A stretch of 64,000 nt of DNA. Source: Okamejei kenojei. Its lineage: Eukaryota. The stretch lies in NCBI GenBank assembly GCA_035221665.1, contig CM069169.1:6262001-6326000 (forward strand), in the 5' to 3' direction. The position numbers were made by a program, and so were the translations under genes. This document shows positions 1 to 64,000 of this stretch, piece by piece (positions within the stretch are counted from its first letter, which is position 1; each line of letters begins with the position of its first letter). The notes below the pieces were generated by a model, which did no database searches, had not been told where the DNA came from, and worked only from the letters and a program-made list of their open reading frames with translations.

Positions 1-176
1 TGAAAACCCAATTTCAGAAGAATAACTATCGACATTATTTGTGAAAGGTATCAAAGAATTATAGAAACTAGAATTAAGCCTGTTTGCTACTTAAATCAAG
101 AGATGCCCTTTAAACAATTCAAATATACTGGATGATAAGTGTGGCATTTGCTGCAGCCATGACATTCAATTTTCTG

Positions 177-58183
<58,007 letters not shown>

Positions 58184-58400
58184 CTACAAGCAGATTAATA
58201 GAATTGCTTATTTATTAAACAGGATATTGGAAAACGTAATGATAATCAACTCTTAAAAGAGCATTTACTCAAGGAGCAGATCCAATATTGTTAATTTCAA
58301 AAACATCCTTTCAATAAATCTGTAATTACAATATTATGGCACAGACCTCTGCATATCACCCAATTCATTCAGACAATCCAACTATTAGCAAATTTTTCAA

Positions 58401-58690
58401 ATTTAGATTAGTTTAGAGATACAGCGCGGAAACGGGGCCTTTGGTCCACCGAGTCTGCACCAACCAGCGATCCCCGCACATTAACACTATCCCATACGGA
58501 CAATTTATACTTTTACCAAGCCAATTAACCTACAAACCTGTATGTTTTTAGTGCGGAAGGCAACCTAAGATCTCGGAGAAAACCCCCACGGTCACGGGGA
58601 GAACGTGCAAACTCCGTATGGAACTAGTGTACGTTGGGTAGCACAAACTGAGCCAATGGGCTTGTTTCCATACTGTATATCTAAACTAAA
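58401..58690 (-). mobile_element. V-SINE with a short inverted tail piece
   Basis: TTTAGAGATACAGCGCGGAAAC...GGTCACGGGGAGAACGTGCAAACTCCGTA. Confidence 0.8.
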
Positions 58691-58749
58691 CCTTGTGCTC
58701 CAAAGCTCAGCAACTTGCATTCTAACTCACGCAGCACCTTTTTGCTTGC

Positions 58750-59335
58750 TGGACTATATTGGCTATGAGCTAAGGATATTTCAAATATTATCAGAACAAA
58801 ACAGCAGTTGTTATATTCTCCTGTGGTTGTGCTCAGTCTGCCTAGACTTGCAGGATCTCCCATTTTAACTCCCCTTCCCATACCAACCTCCATTTCTAGA
58901 GTAACGCCACACGTAACGTGAAGGAACAACACCTCATTGTGCTCCCGTAGCTTACAACACCACTGCAGAAACATTGAATTCTTCTATTTTAATTAACACC
59001 CGCCCCCACCCATATTTGTCTCTCAAAATTCCGGCTCTCTCTTCTCTTTCCCCCCCACTACAATCAGTCTGAACTGAAGATGCTGGTTTAAACCAAAAAT
59101 AGACACAAAAAGCTGGAGTAACTCAGCGGGTCAAACAGCATCATCGATGGAGAAAAGGCAACGTTTCGGATCAATAACTGGGTCTGAAGAAGGGTCTCGA
59201 CTCAAAATGTCACCTATTCCTTTTCTCCAGAGATGCAGTCCGACCCGCTAAGTTACTCCAGCTTTTCGCGTCTATCCACCAGAAATTCTACCTGACCTGC
59301 TTATTATGTCTATTTTTGGCGCATCTGCAGTTCAG
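58750..59335 (+). mobile_element. Degenerate Penelope-like GIY-YIG endonuclease C-terminus followed by an inverted terminal-repeat pair
   Basis: YIG (58755-58763), HFNSPSH, EQHLI and NIEF remnants; hammerhead-like CTGAAGAAGGGTCTCGACTCAAAATGTC at 59184. Confidence 0.65.
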
Positions 59336-59805
59336 ACCTGCTTTGTATCCAAATTATTTGTCTTATTCCAAAATCCCTACCAGGCCTCATATTTCCGCAT
59401 TTTGTAAACTCCAGTGATATCTGCACTCATTCATTCAATCCCAGCTCCCCATCATTTCAGCATGGAAGCAGTTTTTAAGTCACCAAGACATTGAACTCTG
59501 GAATTTTTTCCCTAAATCTTCCAACTTTAAATACTCAAAATAAAAAACAGCTCCAATTGAAGTCTTGATATCTGGCCGAAACATCTTTGTATTTTAGTGT
59601 TAAATTATGCTTGAAAATACCTCTACACCTTGAACATTAAAGATTGTTATCTTGCACAGCTCTCATATGCTTCCTTCCACTAACAAAGGAAGTTTTAGAT
59701 AACAAATCCACTCCAAACTTTAATGAAAATGCAGTACATTTGTTCTTTGATTTTTGGTATGTCTGAGTTTGTTTTTTCACACCATATTCCCTCCCTCCAG
59801 CTTTA

Positions 59806-59998
59806 CAGTGCCCTCCATAATGTTTGGGACAAAGACCCATCATTTATTTATTTGCCTCTGTACTCCACAATTTCAGATTTGTAATAGGAAAAAAATCACA
59901 TGTGGTTAAAGTGCACATTGCCAGATTTTATTAAAGGGTATTTTTATACATGTTGGTTTCACTATGTAGAAATTACAGCTGTGTTTATACATAGTCTC
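59806..59998. mobile_element. Solo TIR of Tc1 family 1
   Basis: TA|CAGTGCCCTCCATAATGTTTGGGAC..., closely similar to 21056-21245. Confidence 0.9.
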
Positions 59999-60221
59999 CG
60001 ATTTCAGCGGTCTCAATTAAGAAGCGGCCGATTCGCGAACGCAGAGCCTGTTTGGATCATCTCCGCAGGAGGGGAGGCTGTACATAGTGCCTTCCGTAGC
60101 GGCTGTTTCCAGGCCTCGACTACAAGAGAACGGAGGAATATTGACTGCACTTTATAGGCTTCCATCGGAATAATAAATGGTCAGAAATGGTTGATGTTTA
60201 TGTAGAAATGAATTGGTGTAT

Positions 60222-60645
60222 GTGAACTTGAACTAATTTATCTATGGTAGTAACTTAGTGTTAACATTAAGAAGAGGTTGAAATTTTATGAATTGAAGTC
60301 CATGCAGACTTAATGACAGAGATGTTTTTTTTCTGTAGCCTCTGCCCCTCCACTTGAACTAGCTTATCTATGGCAGTAAATTACAGTGCAAGTCTCATTG
60401 ACATTAAGAAGCGGTTGACATTTTATGAATTGAAGTCCATGCAGACCTAAGTACTATGAGATGTTTCTTTCTCTAGCTAGTCTGAAGCCTCAACCCCTCC
60501 ACTTGAACTTGAACTAACTTATCTATGGCAGTAAATTACAGTGTAAGTTTCATTGACATTAAGAGATGGATATTTTATGAATTGAAGTCCATACAGACCT
60601 AAGTACTATGAAATTTTGTTCTGCAGCTTCTGCTCTTCCACTCTT
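60222..60645 (+). repeat. Tandem repeat, 3 diverged units of about 120-150 bp
   Basis: TTATCTATGG...ACATTAAGA...TTTTATGAATTGAAGTCCAT.CAGAC.TAA occurs three times. Confidence 0.9.
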
Positions 60646-60859
60646 CAGAGCCTGTCCGCATACAAATGGTTTGTGTGGACATGCACTGTAGGCACTGTGC
60701 CATAAAGAACACTAATTTGATAATTTGCAGACTTGCCATCCCATCTACCTGGACATGCATACATGTATAATTTCCCCATTGATATGTTGATATTGTCTTG
60801 CATACTATAAAACATGAAAATATGTAAAATACTCCGACACATTTTATCTTCTATTATTA

Positions 60860-61488
60860 GGAGGCAGGAGTGTATCCCGGGTTATCATGCCGAGTGCTAT
60901 CGTCACTTCTGCAACATAACAATAAATCGAGCTATAGCAAGGTCTAGAAGGAAGAAAGGTAATGATAGGACTCAAACAACAATAATTTTTATTTACAGTC
61001 ATATGATGTTACTTTGAACAATGAAAAGATATATTTGAGGATGTTGATTTTACTTTTAATTCCTTTTCTGTTTTCTTTTTCCTCTTTGAATTGAGTTCAA
61101 GACATTGAAAAGCCTGAAGTAGGTGAATCTGCCTCAAGAGGCAGTTCCAGATGGTGAAGCAGATGAGCTGGCCCCAAAGAGACTGCATCGATCCATGACT
61201 AGTGATGGTCAACAAACATGGACATGGGTGGAAAATTGTAGGTGGTGAATTGGACATTGACTGGGGTGATCTGCCTCCAGCCCCAAGCACCTTGCTAGAA
61301 TTAACATACTGTTAATAACATGCAAGAAAACAAACTGTGAGAAATCAAGTGCAGGGAAAGGAAGATGCTCATGTCAACAGCATGGTGTGCCATGTACAGA
61401 TTTATGTAAGTGTGTTGACTGCAGAAACTCTATTACTGTAAAAGACTTGGAATCTGATGAAGAGTATTCAGATGAAGATCAGATGTAA
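60860..61488 (+). pseudogene. Internally deleted Academ-like (AcademX) transposase remnant
   Basis: AG/GT-bounded segment with YHAECYRHFCN; C-terminus GHGWKIVGGELDIDWGDLPPAPSTLLELTYC(stop/frameshift)CKKTNC...RCSCQQHGVPCTDLCKCVDCRN...DEDQM*. Confidence 0.55.
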
Positions 61489-61629
61489 TGTAAACAAATA
61501 AATTGGGGAAATAAATGATTATATAAAGTTTATTTTAATGTTGATCTTTTCACTGTTTAATTGGTCAAATTACTTAAACAAGTGAATTACTTATGATAAT
61601 GGCGTGCTGGTGAATGACAGTGCGACAGT

Positions 61630-61850
61630 CCACCCATCCACACATCCATCCGTACGCACACTTCCATGCATGCACACATACATCCACGCATCCACACACA
61701 CACATCCATCCGCACTCAGACATACATGCACACATCCAGCCACATATATACATCCACACACACATCCACACACACATACATCCCCATATCTACAGGTACA
61801 TGTCTGACAGGTATACACAGACATACACACAAACTACAGATACTCAAACA
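61630..61850 (+). repeat. Compound CA/CATC microsatellite
   Basis: Directly visible. Confidence 0.9.
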
Positions 61851-61859
61851 ATGCAACAC

Positions 61860-64000
61860 TTAAACAATGCAAATAATTCTAGTTTGTCAATTATGACCAA
61901 TCTAATTTTTTTCGGATTTAAGGTCTCCGACATCTCCATAATCCACATTTTGATTGTGGGGGTGCAGGGTTTTTCCAAAATATTATTAATTATTTCCCAG
62001 TTATTATACTATAATCAAGGAAATTTCTTTGGTTTATTGTAAGTTTTATGTATTGTTCAGATATGCCCAATATTATTAATTTAGGATCGGGCTTCAGTTG
62101 AGTATTAACCACTACGGAAATAATTTAAAAAATATCCACCCAAAATATTTTAATTTTTATGCAACTTACAAAGGTATGGGTTAAATTAGCCTCAGAATAT
62201 TGACATTTATTGCAGATAGGAGAAATATTGGGAAAAATTCTATTTAATTTTGTTTTAGAATAATGCAATCTATGTAATATTTTAAATTGTATTAAAAAAT
62301 GTCAGTCGTTTAACAAACATTGATGTATATGTTGTAGACTTTCATCCCAAATATCTTTCGTTATGGGTTGAACTAATTCATTTTCCCATGCTTGTCTATG
62401 CAATTCCGTCAACGGATTCTCACTATCTAAAAGAATATTATAAATGTGAGATATTAATTTGACTGTGTTGGGGTGTTTATTCAAACATTCATCTAGAATC
62501 TCTGGCTCTCTAGTTCTATATTCTTGTGTATGTGATTTAACGTAATCTTTCAGTTGTGAATATCTAAAAAAATTTGAATGTAATCCATAATTCTGTTGTA
62601 CCTCCTGAAACGAGAGGAACACACCTTTTCTATAAAGATGTCCCATCTTTTTAATTCCATAATTTTTCCATTGTGCAAAACCTTTATCCAATACTAAAGG
62701 CTTAAACGAAGTGTTATTTGCAATAAGGGGTGAAAGTGATAAATGATCCAATTTTAATGTCTTTTTTATTTGTTTCCAAATTCGAATACCACTATGTATT
62801 ATTGGGTTTTCACTATAGATTTTTTTATTCCATTTTGTAGGAGTTAGCGGAATCGGGCCAATTTCAAATGGCAGACAATCCTCCTTTTCCATCTTTAACC
62901 AGTCTGGTTGTTGATCCATATCTTCCAACCAGAAATTTAAGTTTTTTACATTGACTGCCCAGAAATAAAATAAGAAATTTGGTAAGACTAATCCTCCATT
63001 CATCTTGGGTTTACATAAGTGTTTTTTACTTATTCTGTGATTCTTATAATCCCAAATAAAACTTGTTACAATAGAGTCGACTTTTTTAAAGAAATTTTGA
63101 TTGTGATATATCGGAATTGATTGAAAGAGGTATAGAAGTTGAAGAAGGAAAATCATTTTAATAGCATTAATTTTACTGAGCATTGAAATGGGAAGTGTTT
63201 TCCAATATTGAATATTCGTATGCAATTTATTAAGTAAAGGTACGAAATTTGATTTAAATAAAGAAGTATGTTTCTTGGTCACATGAATTACTAAGTATTT
63301 AAATTTTTCATTCACTATTTTAAAAGGTGATTGTTGCAATATATATAAATTATGTTCCATTATTGGCATAATCTCACTTTTATTCCAATTGATTCTGTAT
63401 CCCGAGAATAAACCAAATTGAGTTATAAGATTTAACAGGTTAGGGATGCTAATTTCTGGATTTGTAATATATAGTAATACATCATCTGCATATAGAGAAA
63501 TGTTATTAACTGTATTTTTAGTATTATACCCATATATTTCTGGATGTGCTCGAACTCTTTCTGCTAGTGGTTCAATAAAAGGGCGAACAGTAACGGGGAT
63601 AGCGGGCATCCTTGTCTACAACCTTTAGATAAATCAATTTTTTTTGATAACATTTGATTTGTCATTATTCTGGCTGTTGGGTTGGTATATAGAAGCTTAA
63701 CCCAAGTACAAAACTTCTCACCTAATTGAAATTTTTCCATCACCGAAAATAAATAGGGCCATTCAACTTGATCGAATGCTTTCTCAGCATCTAGCGAAAT
63801 GACTGCTAAATCTTCATTAGTTATTCGATTTGAGTATATAATGTTAAATAATCGTCTCAGATTATAATATGAATAACGTTTTGGAATAAAGCCAGTTTGA
63901 TCGGGGTGTATTAATTTATGAATCACTAAGCTTAATCTATGCGCTAAAATTTTGGTTAATATTTTCTGATCGGTGTTTAAGAGAGTAATTGCTCTATATG
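61860..64000 (-). mobile_element. L1-clade LINE ORF2 (RT and C-terminal region), frameshifted, runs off the window
   Basis: IHPDQTGFIPKR, ISLDAEKAFDQVEW, GCRQGCPLSPLLFAL, ISLYADDVLLY and SGYRINWNKSE in ORFs 63564-63926 and 62302-63609. Confidence 0.92.

Noticed and set aside
60222-60645. Repeat array as a possible CRISPR
   Set aside because: Long diverged tandem units without unique spacers, no cas genes, vertebrate intron.
61574-62042. Cys/His/Thr-rich ORFs
   Set aside because: Translations of a CA/CATC microsatellite.
62302-63609. 435-aa ORF as a host gene or the missing first SLC12A1 exon
   Set aside because: It is L1-clade reverse transcriptase; its apparent N-terminus comes from a frameshift.
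58184-64000. First coding exon or promoter of SLC12A1
   Set aside because: No N-terminal regulatory motifs (TFGxNT, RPSL) recognised; the region is repeats, so the exon is probably beyond the window.

Overview
Eukaryotic, repeat-rich vertebrate DNA, not prokaryotic. The repeat content (V-SINE/HE1-type SINEs, CR1 LINEs, Penelope-like elements, a Deu-domain SINE) and the protein sequence point to a cartilaginous fish, probably a skate or ray (inference). Almost the whole window is one minus-strand gene, SLC12A1 (NKCC2, renal Na-K-2Cl cotransporter). I traced coding exons 2-26 by hand. They splice in phase into 2877 nt (958 aa plus stop, ending LTFYS*). The first coding exon and promoter were not found and probably lie beyond 64000. 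The gene has two tandem 96-nt exon-4 cassettes (A at 52801-52896, F at 52219-52314), no recognisable B cassette, and a GC-AG intron after exon 7. The introns contain nested mobile elements: CR1, L1-like, Vingi, Nimb/I, Rex1/Babar, two long-TIR Tc1 families, hAT, Harbinger-like and pogo-like MITEs, Helitron-like elements, and an Academ-like remnant. The most striking non-genic signal is a family of about 15 short Penelope-derived insertions. Many carry a minimal hammerhead ribozyme motif, several form inverted pairs, and many have 10-18 bp target-site duplications with microhomology at the junction. All calls were made by eye without database searches; repeat boundaries are approximate unless a TSD or TIR is cited.
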